Below are positions 43,906-53,583 of a stretch of DNA of 64,000 nucleotides, one piece after another. Below the pieces are notes generated by a model. It was not told the origin of the DNA. It did not search any database and worked only from the letters and a program-made list of their open reading frames with translations. Made by a program: the position numbers and the translations under genes. Every line of letters begins with the position of its first letter. Position 1 is the stretch's first letter. Source of the DNA: an uncultured Armatimonadia bacterium (lineage in GTDB: Bacteria > Armatimonadota > Zipacnadia > CAVVLO01); contig CAVVLO010000001.1 of assembly GCA_963749155.1 (NCBI GenBank), positions 896,001 through 960,000 on the forward strand. Direction: 5' to 3'.

Positions 43906-44592
43906 ATGGCTATCCACGGCAAGAAATACAATGAGAAACTCGCGCTGGTCGATCGGACTGCGCGTTACACCTTCGATGAGGCGCTTGCGCTTATTCGGAA
44001 ATCGACCCTGGTTGGCTTCGATGCCAGCCTGGACGTTGCCATCAACCTGGGCATCGATGCCAAGTCGGGCGAACAGAGGGTGCGCGGCACCGTAGTGCTT
44101 CCCTATGGCACCGGGCGGGTTCCCAAGGTCGCCGTATTCGCTCAGGGCGAGGCCGCTCGCGCAGCTCAGGAAGCTGGCGCCGACGTAGTTGGCGCTGATG
44201 ACCTGGTCGCTCAGATCGAATCTGGTTGGGCTGATTTCGACATCCTGGTCGCTCATCCCGATATGATGAAGTCTGTCGGCCGTCTCGGTCGCACCCTTGG
44301 CCCCAAAATGCCCAACCGCAAGGCTGGCACAGTGGCTGATGACCTGGGCGCCGCCATCGCAGAGCTTAAAGCAGGACGGCTGGAGTTCAAGAACGAGCGC
44401 GCTGGTATCGTGCATTCGGTCTTCGGGAAGCTTTCCTTTACTGATGAGCAGCTCACCGAGAACTTCAACGCGCTGCTTGATGCGATTCGTCGCTCCAAGC
44501 CCGCCACTTCAAAGGGCCGTTTCATCAAGGCCATCACGATTTCAAGCAGCATGTCGCCTGGTATCAAGCTGGACGTGTCCAGCTTCATATAA
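43906..44592 (+). CDS. rplA: 50S ribosomal protein L1
   Basis: VRGTVVLP.GTG, GAD.VG..DL, LGR.LGP, GK.SF. Confidence 0.97.
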   Translation: MAIHGKKYNEKLALVDRTARYTFDEALALIRKSTLVGFDASLDVAINLGIDAKSGEQRVRGTVVLPYGTGRVPKVAVFAQGEAARAAQEAGADVVGADDLVAQIESGWADFDILVAHPDMMKSVGRLGRTLGPKMPNRKAGTVADDLGAAIAELKAGRLEFKNERAGIVHSVFGKLSFTDEQLTENFNALLDAIRRSKPATSKGRFIKAITISSSMSPGIKLDVSSFI

Positions 44593-44630
44593 TCGGTCTT
44601 CTCGACGACCAGCCTCATCCAATTGAATAG

Positions 44631-44752
44631 CCATAGACAGCAGGTCGCAATTGCGTAAACCCTTTTTGGGGTCCTGCCGAGGCGCACAGTAACCGCAACC
44701 TGGGGAGCCTGGCTCCCTTCTGTGCCCCGGCAGCTGGCCGGGGCATTTTTGT
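44631..44752 (+). promoter_or_regulatory. L10 ribosomal protein leader with attenuator
   Basis: AGACAGCAGG...TAAA...CCTGCCGAGG core and terminator TGCCCCGG/CCGGGGCA-TTTTT, upstream of rplJ. Confidence 0.8.
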
Positions 44753-44769
44753 TAGGGAGGTGAAGTACA

Positions 44770-45291
44770 TTGCTGAAAGCCGCGAAAGGCGCAGTAGTAG
44801 AGCAACTCAAAGAACAGGTAGCTGCCTGTGATGGGATTATTCTCGTCGATTACAAGGGGCTTACTGTCGCCGCGCTCAGCAGGCTTCGTACCGAGTTGAA
44901 GCCGATGGGTGTCAAAATCCAGGTGCTGAAGAACCGGTTGTTTACGCTGGCTACCCAGGGCACAGCTGCCGAAGCTATCGGAGCTGGCCTTGAGGAAACT
45001 ACCGCCGCCCTATTCGTCAAGGGCGAAGTACCGGAAGTTGCCAGGGCGATGGAGAAATTCGTCAAGGATTTCCCACAACTTAAGCTCAAGCGCGCTCTGT
45101 TCGAAGGCGAGTATATTGATGAGAAGCGCGTTGATGTCTTGCCGAAGCTGCCTACCAGGAAGGATCTGGCAAGCAGTCTGGTGGGTACACTCGCAGGGCC
45201 AATCAATGGCCTCGTGCGTAGCCTGAACTACCCAATGGTAGAGCTGGTAAATACCTTGAGTCAAATCAAAGAGAAGCAGGAAGCTGCTTAG
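44770..45291 (+). CDS. rplJ: 50S ribosomal protein L10
   Basis: DYKGLTV....LR, V.KNRL, KLPTR..L; synteny. Confidence 0.95.
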   Translation: MLKAAKGAVVEQLKEQVAACDGIILVDYKGLTVAALSRLRTELKPMGVKIQVLKNRLFTLATQGTAAEAIGAGLEETTAALFVKGEVPEVARAMEKFVKDFPQLKLKRALFEGEYIDEKRVDVLPKLPTRKDLASSLVGTLAGPINGLVRSLNYPMVELVNTLSQIKEKQEAA

Positions 45292-45311
45292 TTTTCCGAG
45301 GAGGAAAGAAA

Positions 45312-45698
45312 ATGACCGTAGATGAGATCATTGCTGCAATTAAAGATATGAAGGTCACCGAGCTCAACGAGCTCGTCGAGAAGCTGCAGGACGAGTTCGG
45401 CGTACAGGCTGGCGTTCCGATGATGGCCGCTGGCGCTGTCGCCGCTGCCGCCGCTCCCGCCGAAGAAGTCGAAGAGCAGACCGAGTTCGACGTGCTGCTG
45501 ACCAACGCTGGCGCCAACAAGATCCAGGTTATTAAGGCCGTCCGCGAAGTCACCAGCCTTGGCCTGAAAGAAGCCAAGGATCTGGTCGAGGCCGCCGCTG
45601 GTGGCCCGCAGGCCGTGAAGGAGGCCGTGTCGAAAGACGAGGTCGCCAAAGTCAAGGAGCTGCTCGAGGGCGCTGGCGCCACAGTAGAAGTCAAGTAA
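45312..45698 (+). CDS. rplL: 50S ribosomal protein L7/L12
   Basis: [37 protein letters not shown]. Confidence 0.98.
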   Translation: MTVDEIIAAIKDMKVTELNELVEKLQDEFGVQAGVPMMAAGAVAAAAAPAEEVEEQTEFDVLLTNAGANKIQVIKAVREVTSLGLKEAKDLVEAAAGGPQAVKEAVSKDEVAKVKELLEGAGATVEVK

Positions 45699-45721
45699 AA
45701 GACTTTTCACGGCAAGGCCTT

Positions 45722-45738
45722 TTGGCACGACAATTGCA
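45722..45738 (+). promoter_or_regulatory. Sigma54 promoter upstream of the fliA unit
   Basis: TTGGCACGACAATTGCA. Confidence 0.8.
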
Positions 45739-45791
45739 TATCTGCAAAGCAAGCACTCCGGCGTCCAACGTCATTTCTGAGGAAAAGTGCA

Positions 45792-46031
45792 ATGCTGCGC
45801 AGGCTGAGAGTATTAACCTGTCTCACCGTATTCGCCTTCTGTGAGATTGCAGGTTATCTGGCGGGAGCCAGGCCGACCATCGTAATGACGAGGGGACTCG
45901 TCGCGATGGCAGCGGTCTGGCTCTCGTTTCGTTTGGCAGCAGCTCTCCTCACCTGGGTGACCTGGACGGAAACCGCCTCTGATGAAGAGACGGCTCTCGC
46001 TGGGGGCAAGGATGCCGAATCCCCTCGCTAG
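45792..46031 (+). CDS. Small hypothetical membrane protein (2 TM, acidic tail)
   Basis: GAGGA RBS; two hydrophobic segments; lies between the sigma54 promoter and fliA. Confidence 0.6.
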   Translation: MLRRLRVLTCLTVFAFCEIAGYLAGARPTIVMTRGLVAMAAVWLSFRLAAALLTWVTWTETASDEETALAGGKDAESPR

Positions 46032-46072
46032 CCTGTCCGGACGGGGGCAGCTAGGGTGAGGAGCGAGACTCG

Positions 46073-46813
46073 ATGGCCAGTGATACTGCTGCTGCAGAAT
46101 CTACCAAAGCTCGCGAGAAGCTGATCGAGGAGAAAGTCTACCTCGTTGAGTATGTCGTTGGGCGCATTATGGCTAGTCTTCCCTCTCATATTGAGCGGGA
46201 CGACCTGGTCAGTGCGGGTATACTTGGGCTCATCCACGCGGTGGACCGATTCGACCCCGAACATGGAAGCAGGTTCGAAACTTATGCGATCAGTTGCATT
46301 CGCGGTGCAGTGCTCGAGCATCTGCGCGCCCAGGACTGGCTTCCACGTTCGCTTCGTTCCAAAGCCAGGCAGGTTATCCAGGCTGAAGCCGAGGTCACCG
46401 CGCGCCTGGGCCGGCCGGCTACAGGTAAGGAGATAGCCTTCGAATTGGGTTTGGCTTTACCTGCTTACGATGCGCTCCTGGCTGAACTTAGCAGGCTCAC
46501 CGTCGTCTCTATTGAAGAGTTGCTTTTTGGCGATGAGCATCGCACGGGACGCGACTGGCTGGCTGATCGAGCCACCAACCAGCAACCGGACGATCTGGCC
46601 GAGCATCGAGATCTGGCTGACTGGCTTGCCAAGGCTCTGGACGAGCTCCCTGAGCGAGAAAGACTTGTTATCAGTCTTTACTATCATCAGGGACTCACCT
46701 TGCGAGAGGTAGGCAGCGTCTTCGATGTGAGCGAATCAAGAGCCTGTCAGCTTCACACTCAGGCTTTACTCAGGCTGAGGCGGATATTGAATCCTGAAGA
46801 CAGAGGCGCTTGA
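46073..46813 (+). CDS. fliA: FliA/WhiG family RNA polymerase sigma-28 factor
   Basis: LP.HIE.DDL.S.G..GL..AV.RFDP, FETYA...IRGA....LR..DW.PRS.R, LPERE.LVI.LYY...LTL.E.G....VSESR..Q.H. Confidence 0.92.
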   Translation: MASDTAAAESTKAREKLIEEKVYLVEYVVGRIMASLPSHIERDDLVSAGILGLIHAVDRFDPEHGSRFETYAISCIRGAVLEHLRAQDWLPRSLRSKARQVIQAEAEVTARLGRPATGKEIAFELGLALPAYDALLAELSRLTVVSIEELLFGDEHRTGRDWLADRATNQQPDDLAEHRDLADWLAKALDELPERERLVISLYYHQGLTLREVGSVFDVSESRACQLHTQALLRLRRILNPEDRGA

Positions 46814-46951
46814 AAAATCGCCAGGCCTCTCGCTTAGTCGAACTCAATGTGTTAAGATAGGCCCGCTCGGTCCGGGGTAGAAACCTGGCCCCGGGCTGGC
46901 GCGTGTCCCGCTTAGGCGGGCAAGCTCGAACGTCCAAAAGGAGAATCCGCA

Positions 46952-47977
46952 ATGGCAAGAAAGCTCTGCATCGCACTTCTCATTTTCGTGCCTTTCGCAC
47001 TACTGGTGGCAGGCTGTGGGAAGGCCCCAGTCGCAATGGTGAATGGCCAGGCCATCACTCAGGAACAGGTCGCCGACATACTTATGAAGGATCCCCAGGC
47101 CAAGCAAGCCGTGGCCGAGCTTATCATCGAGCAGTTGCTTGATGCCAAAGCCAAAGAACTTAAAGTCACGGTTACGCCTGAAGAGGTAGACACAGAACTC
47201 GCCGACGCCGCTGAAAGCGCAGGCGGGATGGAGCAGTTCCTGGAAATGGTTAAGTCCAGGGGCCTCTCTGAGGAAGACCTGAAGAAGACCATCCGCAACA
47301 ACCTGTTGTGGGAGAAAATCGCCACTAATGACGTCAAACTGACAGACGCCGATGTCAAGAAGTGGTTTGAGACCAACCGGATGTTCCTCGATGAGCCCGC
47401 CAAGGCGGATATCTCCATCATCGTGACTCGCAGCAAGAAAGAAGCCGACTCAGTGCTGGCCAAGTTGAAGCAGGGCGCCGATTTTGCCACTACCGCCCAG
47501 CAGTCTTCAGAAGACCCTTCGGCCAAACAGGGTGGCGCTCTGGGTAGCCAGTCGCTCTACCAACTGCCCCCCGAGATCGCCAAGGCTGTTATGAAGATGA
47601 GCCCCGGCAGTCTCAGCCAGGTGATAGAAGTCAAGCCTCAGTATGGTGGCGCGGCCGAAGGGAGCACCAGCTTCTATATCGTGCAACTGCGTTCGATGAC
47701 CCCTGAGAAGAAAGCGTCTCTGGATGATCCCAAGACCAAGGAAAAGGTCACCCGGATGGCCAAGCGCGAGAAGGGTATGGCCGACGTCAATCCTCAGGAA
47801 TACCTGAGCAAGGGCGCCAAGATCACCATCGTAGACGAGCGATTCAAGGAACTCGAGGCTCAGTTCCAGTCCAAGGAACTGCTTGGTGACGATGCGGAGA
47901 AGGCTCCGGAAGGCGCGCCTGCTCCAACGCCAGCTCCGGCTCCTGCCCCAGCCCCTGCGCCAACTAATGGCGGCTAA
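46952..47977 (+). CDS. PrsA/SurA-like parvulin peptidylprolyl isomerase lipoprotein
   Basis: Lipobox VAGC, VA.VNG..IT, L..GADF...A...SED.SA..GG.LG; Pro-Ala repeat tail. Confidence 0.85.
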   Translation: MARKLCIALLIFVPFALLVAGCGKAPVAMVNGQAITQEQVADILMKDPQAKQAVAELIIEQLLDAKAKELKVTVTPEEVDTELADAAESAGGMEQFLEMVKSRGLSEEDLKKTIRNNLLWEKIATNDVKLTDADVKKWFETNRMFLDEPAKADISIIVTRSKKEADSVLAKLKQGADFATTAQQSSEDPSAKQGGALGSQSLYQLPPEIAKAVMKMSPGSLSQVIEVKPQYGGAAEGSTSFYIVQLRSMTPEKKASLDDPKTKEKVTRMAKREKGMADVNPQEYLSKGAKITIVDERFKELEAQFQSKELLGDDAEKAPEGAPAPTPAPAPAPAPAPTNGG

Positions 47978-47988
47978 GGGAGAACTGG

Positions 47989-48804
47989 ATGGCTGAGGCG
48001 GAGCGGTTTCCAGGCCTGGTGCAGCTCCAGGAGGTGTTGGAGCGTTTGCGCGCGCCCGAGGGTTGCCCCTGGGACCGCGAACAGACGCCCCATAGCATCA
48101 GACACAACCTGCTCGAAGAGGTCTACGAACTGCTCGAAGCCGTAGATGTGGATTCGACAGGCGACCTGGAAGAAGAACTCGGTGACGTGCTGGTACAGGT
48201 GCTGTTTTATTGCCTCTTCTACTCAGAGGAGGGGCGCCTGACCCTCGATACCGTAGCAGCCAAAGCTGCCGAAAAACTGATACGCAGGCATCCGCACGTG
48301 TTCGACCAGGTCGAAGTGGACGGGGTCGGACAGGTGCTTCGAAACTGGGAAGCCATCAAGCAACGCGAGCGCGAAGAGGCCGACACAGGCAAACGCTCTG
48401 TGCTGGATGGCGTACCAGCTGCTCTGCCCTCACTGGCCAGAGCTTACACAGTGCAAAAGAAGGCCGCCCGAGTCGGATTCGACTGGGACTCGCCAGAAGG
48501 TCCTCTGGACAAAATTGCAGAGGAATCTCGCGAGGTACTGGAACAACTCGAGTCGGGCGACCTTGATCAACAAGGCCTGGAAGAAGAAATCGGTGACCTC
48601 TTGTTCGCGCTGGTCAACTTCGCCAGGCATGTCCACGTAGAGCCTGAACAAGCCCTCCGAGGCGCAGTAGACAAGTTTTCGATGCGCTTCAAGGCAGTCG
48701 AAGAAAGCGCCAAGGCCAGCGGCAGGGCACTATCCACAATGACCCTTGCCGAGCTCGATGAACTGTGGGAGGCCTCCAAAAGGGGGCAAAATAATGCGAC
48801 TTGA
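47989..48804 (+). CDS. mazG: Nucleoside triphosphate pyrophosphohydrolase MazG
   Basis: [49 protein letters not shown]. Confidence 0.95.
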   Translation: MAEAERFPGLVQLQEVLERLRAPEGCPWDREQTPHSIRHNLLEEVYELLEAVDVDSTGDLEEELGDVLVQVLFYCLFYSEEGRLTLDTVAAKAAEKLIRRHPHVFDQVEVDGVGQVLRNWEAIKQREREEADTGKRSVLDGVPAALPSLARAYTVQKKAARVGFDWDSPEGPLDKIAEESREVLEQLESGDLDQQGLEEEIGDLLFALVNFARHVHVEPEQALRGAVDKFSMRFKAVEESAKASGRALSTMTLAELDELWEASKRGQNNAT

Positions 48805-49043
48805 CAAGTTTTTAGCGGTCTCCAGGCTTATAAAACGCCGTACCATCGCCCAGCAGGCTTGTGATGCCGGACGCGTGCTGGTCAATGGCAATGCGGCCAA
48901 GTCCTCGCGCGACATCAAGCCCGGTGACGAATTGGAGATAGGCTTCGGCTACCAAAGCCGTCCGAGTTCGGATCGAGCAAGTGCCGACAGGCAACGTTCG
49001 AAAAGAACAGGCCGAAGCCCTTTACACACCGCTCGCCACTTGA
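48794..49043 (+). CDS. RNA-binding S4 domain protein (YabO/RqcP/Hsp15-like); apparent indel near 48950
   Basis: [17 protein letters not shown]...C..GRV.VNG..AK.S..IKPGD; shifted frame gives [25 protein letters not shown]; mazG-yabO synteny. Confidence 0.87.
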
Positions 49044-49166
49044 GATTAGCGCCCCGATAAGCTAAAATTGCCAGGCGGCCGGGTTGGCCGTTTGCTGTTT
49101 CTAGAGTCTTACTTGGGACAATTGGGGCCTTGCCCCGTAAATTAATCGAATCAGGAGTTGGTACGT

Positions 49167-51836
49167 ATGCCTGACGGCAGGAAATGGGTGTACTTGTTCA
49201 GCGAAGGCAACAAGGAGATGCGCGACCTTCTTGGTGGTAAGGGCAGCAACCTCGCCGAGATGACCAATGCAGGGCTTCCGGTACCTCAGGGCTTCACAAT
49301 CACCACCGAAGCTTGCAACGAATATATTTCTCTTGGCAACAACTGGCCCGCTGGCTCCTGGGAACAGGCCGAAGTCGCGATGCAGAAGCTTCAGGAGATG
49401 ACCGGCAAGCAGTTTGGCGATCCCGGTAATCCACTGCTTGTATCTGTCCGCTCAGGCGCGAAGTTCTCGATGCCGGGTATGATGGACACCGTGCTTAACC
49501 TGGGCCTCAATGACGCCACAGTCGAAGGCCTGGCCGAACTCACAGGCAATCCCCGCTTCGCTTATGACTCCTACAGGCGCTTCATTATGATGTTCGGCGA
49601 CGTCGTCCTCAAGGTCGAGCGCGAACACTTCGAGAAGATCTTTGATGCCAAGAAGGCCGAGCGTGGTATTGAGCTCGATACCGAGCTTGCCGCTGAAGAC
49701 CTCAAAGCTGTGGCAGAGCAGTTCAAGGCCCTTGTCGAGAAAGACACTGGCAAGCCCTTCCCGACCGACCCCTGGCAGCAGCTGAAGCTGGGCGCCGAGG
49801 CCGTGTTCGGTTCCTGGATGACCCCTCGCGCCTGCACCTACCGCAAGCTCGAGAATATCCCCGACAACCTGGGCACCGCTGTAAACGTGCAGCTGATGGT
49901 CTACGGGAATATGGGCGATGACTGCGGCACTGGCGTTGCTTTCACCCGCAACCCCTCAACCGGCGAGCGGAAGCTCTACGGCGAGTTCCTGCAGAACGCT
50001 CAGGGCGAGGACGTCGTTGCGGGCACGCGCACCCCGCTGCACATCGACGAGCTTTCCAAGATTATGCCTGAGGTCTATACGCAGTTTGCCCAGTTGGCTG
50101 AACTGCTGGAGCGCCATTACCAGGATATGCAAGATCTCGAGTTCACCATCGAGAAGGGCAAGCTGTATATGCTGCAGACCCGCAACGGCAAGCGCACTGG
50201 TAGCGCTGCCATCAAGGTCGCGGTTGATATGGCGAAAGAGGGCCTTATCGACAAAAAGACGGCCATTATGCGCGTCACCCCCTCACAGCTTGACCAGTTG
50301 CTGCACAAGCGCATCGATGTGGACCAGGCGCCCGTCTCAATTGCCAAGGGCCTGCCCGCCTCTCCAGGCGCCGCGCAGGGCATCGTAATCTTCGACTCGC
50401 ACGAGGCTGCCGAAGTTGGGCAGACCGAAGCGGTCGTGCTGGTTCGCCCCGAGACCTCTCCAGATGACATCGCTGGCTTGCATGCGGCTCAGGGTACCCT
50501 GACCAGCCGCGGCGGTATGACCAGCCACGCCGCCGTTGTGGCTCGTGGTATGGGCCGTCCCGCTGTAGTAGGTTGCGAGTCTCTCAACATCGATATGGAA
50601 AAGGAAGTCGTCACCACCAAAGATGGCTCCGCCACTTTCAAAAAGGGCGATTTCATCACCGTGGACGGCAGTACTGGCCAGATCTATATCGGCGCCGTGC
50701 CGTTGATTGACCCCGTGATGAGCGAGGACTTCACCACGCTGCTCGCCTGGGCTGACGAACTCCGCAAGCTGGGCGTGCGCGCCAATGCAGATACTCCCGA
50801 AGACGCCAAAGTCGCCTTTGACTTCGGCGCCGAGGGTGTGGGCCTGTGCCGCACCGAGCATATGTTTATGGGCGAGGAGCGCCTTCCCGTCGTGCAGGGA
50901 ATGATTATGGCCAGCGGCATCGAAGACCGCGCGCCCTTCCTCGAGCAGTTGCTCCCGATGCAGCGCAGCGACTTCGAAGGCATATTCAAGTCGATGGAAG
51001 GCCGTCCGGTCATCATCCGCCTGCTCGATCCGCCTCTGCACGAGTTCCTGCCCGATGAGGTCGAGCTTGTCGAGAAGATCACCGAGCTCCGTTGCAAGGG
51101 TGAGACAGGCGCAGAGTTCGAGAAGCTGCAGGCCATCCTTGAGCGCGTTCGCGCCCTCAAGGAGTTCAACCCGATGCTCGGTCTGCGTGGTTGCCGCCTC
51201 GGCATCACGATGCCCGACGTAAACGAGATGCAGGTCAAGGCCATCATCTCCGCGGCCTGCCGTGTGAAACAGGCTGGCGAACCGGTCAAGGTAGAGATAA
51301 TGATCCCGCTTGTCGGCACCGTCGGCGAGCTCAAGCATGTCCGCGCTGACCTGGAGCGGATCGCCAAAGAGACAATGGCGTCCGAAGGCATCGAAGTCGA
51401 GTATATGTTCGGCACGATGATCGAGATCCCGCGCGCGGCGATTGTTGCCGCAAAGATCGCCGAAGATGCCGAGTTCTTCAGCTTCGGTACTAATGACCTG
51501 ACGCAGACGACCTGGGGTTACAGCCGGGACGATGCCGAGGGCAAGTTCATCCACAAGTACCTCGAGATGGGCATCCTCGATGAGGATCCCTTCCAGGTGT
51601 TGGATGGCGAGGGCGTTGGCAAACTGATGCAGATGGCCAAGGAGGCAGGACGTGCAACGCGTCCTGACCTTGAAGTGGGCATCTGTGGCGAGCATGGCGG
51701 CGATCCGAAGTCGATCACCTTCTGCCACAGCATCGGCCTGGACTATGTGAGCTGCTCGCCTTTCCGCGTGCCAATCGCGCGTCTGGCGGCCGCCCAGGCT
51801 GCCGTAGCCGAAGAAGTGAGTTACAGCAACGCCTGA
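49167..51836 (+). CDS. ppdK: Pyruvate phosphate dikinase
   Basis: LLGGKG.NLAEM, PLLVSVRSGA..SMPGMMDT, GGMTSHAAVVAR, GLCRTEHMF, FSFGTNDLTQ, GICGEHGG. Confidence 0.98.
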   Translation: MPDGRKWVYLFSEGNKEMRDLLGGKGSNLAEMTNAGLPVPQGFTITTEACNEYISLGNNWPAGSWEQAEVAMQKLQEMTGKQFGDPGNPLLVSVRSGAKFSMPGMMDTVLNLGLNDATVEGLAELTGNPRFAYDSYRRFIMMFGDVVLKVEREHFEKIFDAKKAERGIELDTELAAEDLKAVAEQFKALVEKDTGKPFPTDPWQQLKLGAEAVFGSWMTPRACTYRKLENIPDNLGTAVNVQLMVYGNMGDDCGTGVAFTRNPSTGERKLYGEFLQNAQGEDVVAGTRTPLHIDELSKIMPEVYTQFAQLAELLERHYQDMQDLEFTIEKGKLYMLQTRNGKRTGSAAIKVAVDMAKEGLIDKKTAIMRVTPSQLDQLLHKRIDVDQAPVSIAKGLPASPGAAQGIVIFDSHEAAEVGQTEAVVLVRPETSPDDIAGLHAAQGTLTSRGGMTSHAAVVARGMGRPAVVGCESLNIDMEKEVVTTKDGSATFKKGDFITVDGSTGQIYIGAVPLIDPVMSEDFTTLLAWADELRKLGVRANADTPEDAKVAFDFGAEGVGLCRTEHMFMGEERLPVVQGMIMASGIEDRAPFLEQLLPMQRSDFEGIFKSMEGRPVIIRLLDPPLHEFLPDEVELVEKITELRCKGETGAEFEKLQAILERVRALKEFNPMLGLRGCRLGITMPDVNEMQVKAIISAACRVKQAGEPVKVEIMIPLVGTVGELKHVRADLERIAKETMASEGIEVEYMFGTMIEIPRAAIVAAKIAEDAEFFSFGTNDLTQTTWGYSRDDAEGKFIHKYLEMGILDEDPFQVLDGEGVGKLMQMAKEAGRATRPDLEVGICGEHGGDPKSITFCHSIGLDYVSCSPFRVPIARLAAAQAAVAEEVSYSNA

Positions 51837-51858
51837 GAGGGTTGCTTCCTGTGAATTA

Positions 51859-51895
51859 CAGAACCCGGGTTGGCAAGGCGCTGGCCCGGGTTCTG
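51859..51895. terminator. Hairpin after ppdK (possible terminator)
   Basis: CAGAACCCGGG...CCCGGGTTCTG. Confidence 0.6.
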
Positions 51896-51896
51896 C

Positions 51897-51926
51897 TTGA
51901 CAGCCCCCTTTGGGTGCTGGGATAAT
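51897..51926 (+). promoter_or_regulatory. Sigma70-type promoter of tRNA-Gln
   Basis: TTGACA-N18-GATAAT ending 14 nt before the tRNA. Confidence 0.6.
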
Positions 51927-51939
51927 CTGCACGACATGT

Positions 51940-52014
51940 TGGGGCGTGGCCAAGTTGGCAAGGCACAGGACTTTGGATCCTGTATCGCAGGTTCGAGTCC
52001 TGCCGCCCCAGCCA
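51940..52014 (+). tRNA. tRNA-Gln(TTG), integration target
   Basis: TGGGGCG/CGCCCCA acceptor, CAGGA-ctTTGga-TCCTG, GCAGG-TTCGAGT-CCTGC, GCCA. Confidence 0.96.
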
Positions 52015-52016
52015 TC
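52007..52016 (+). repeat. Putative attL core CCCAGCCATC
   Basis: Overlaps the tRNA-Gln CCA end; repeated at 58098. Confidence 0.65.
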
Positions 52017-53583
52017 CTTGACGTTTTGCGCAACACGGTGCTCATCCGAGCCGGCATAGAGCTCGAACAGCACCGTTTTGTCTTTGCGGATGGTTATCCG
52101 CTTCACTAGAGCATCGACTAGCAGACCTCTCTCCTCTGCAGTGCAAAAGTCGAACAGTTCGGGCAACTGACCAAACAGCTCTTTTGCCTCTTCCAGGTTG
52201 CATGGCCTTGGTGCAGCCTCGCGAAGCCTGAGCTGCGCATCGGCCAGTTCATGCTCGAGCTGCCTGAGGTTGCTCTCAAGGTTGGTCAGGCGTCCCTGAA
52301 GTCCGCTGCTGGTGAGTCCCTTCTCGATCGCCTGGTATACCTTCTCAAGCTTGTCGGCTACGTCGGTACGTCTACGCCGGAGTTTGTCTGCCTCTTGCCT
52401 TAGCGAGGCGGTCGATGCCTCCAACTCGTCGATCGATTCCTGGGCTGCCCTGGCCAGGGCCTCCTCGTCAGTCGACAGCTCTCCGCACGACCTTCATGAA
52501 GAGCTTGTCGAGCACCTCCCCATTGATGCGTCTGACATCGCACTCGATGCCCAGGTAGCGGCCGATGCGATAGCATTCATAGTAGGCTGTGAAGTTCTTC
52601 TTTCGGTTGGGGTGCCTGGTGGCCTTGGGTGACATCCTGCAACCGCAGTGGTCGCAGTAGACTTTACCAGCGAGCAGGAAGTCGTAGTCTACGTTCATCT
52701 CCGGCCGGTGGGAATGCTCTGCGAACAAGTTCTGGGCCAGTTCGAAGGTCTCGGGATCGATGAGGGCCGGGTGTGAGCCTTCGCAACGCAGGCCCGAGTA
52801 GTTGAGTTCGCCCAGGTAGATTCGATTCTGGAGAATGTAGGAGAGCTTCTGCTTGGACCAGTATCTGAGCGCAGGTCTGTCGGGATTAGTCTTCGTGCTC
52901 CAGTTACTTGGCTTGATCCCAAGCGCTACTAGCTTGTCTCGAGTAGCTGCCAGGCTACGCGTGCGCAGATACTCCTGGAAGATAAGCTTGAGGGTAGGCG
53001 CTTCGTTCTCGTCGGGCACCAGCCCGCTATTGCACACGTTGTATCCAAAGGGCGGCATGCCACCCGGCCACCTGCCTGCTCTCGCAAGAGCTATCATCTT
53101 GTCCCGGGTGCGCTCAGCTGTCATCTCACGCTCTAGCTCGGCAAAGGTCATGGCAATGTTGCGCATCGCCTTGCCCATCGGATGCGAGGTGTCGAACTGG
53201 TCTTTAACCGCAACGAAGCTGACGCCATACTGCTCGAACCGGGCATCGAGCTGGACGAAGTCGGCAAGCGACCGGGTGATGCGATCGAGCTTGTAAGTCA
53301 CCACCACGTCGAAGACGCCCTCCTCGGCATCGAGCAGCAAGCGCTGCAGGCCAGGGCGCCGGGTATTTTTGCCCGAGAAGCCTGCGTCCTCGTAGAAGCC
53401 TTGCAGTTCCCATTCAGGATGACTTGCGGTGATGAAGGCAGTTATGATGTCGCGCTGGGACTCGAGCGTGTTGTACTCGCCCCTGGTCTGGTCTTCGGTG
53501 GAGCAGCGCAGATAGCCCACGGCGCGACCCCTATGCACCTGTTCCTTGATTTTCATTTGCTTTTTTACTCGTCTACTGGACAT
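52007..53583 (-). CDS. Large serine recombinase B; apparent indel near 52480; frame stays open through the att site
   Basis: GYLRCSTEDQ (catalytic Ser), SGK...RPGL, YKLDRITRS, PPFGY, LQNRIYLG, HPALID, Zn ribbon LLAGKVYCDHCG...YYEC, coiled coil in ORF 50337..52424. Confidence 0.9.

Noticed and set aside
47913..47963. Short tandem repeat at the end of the PPIase gene
   Set aside because: Encodes a Pro-Ala linker with synonymous variation; not a DNA-level repeat element
49051..49060. Sigma28 -10-like CCCGATAA upstream of ppdK
   Set aside because: No TAAA at the required spacing
50337..52006. 695-aa ORF as a stand-alone gene
   Set aside because: Only the part above 52007 is recombinase-like; the rest is antisense to tRNA-Gln and ppdK and is treated as read-through
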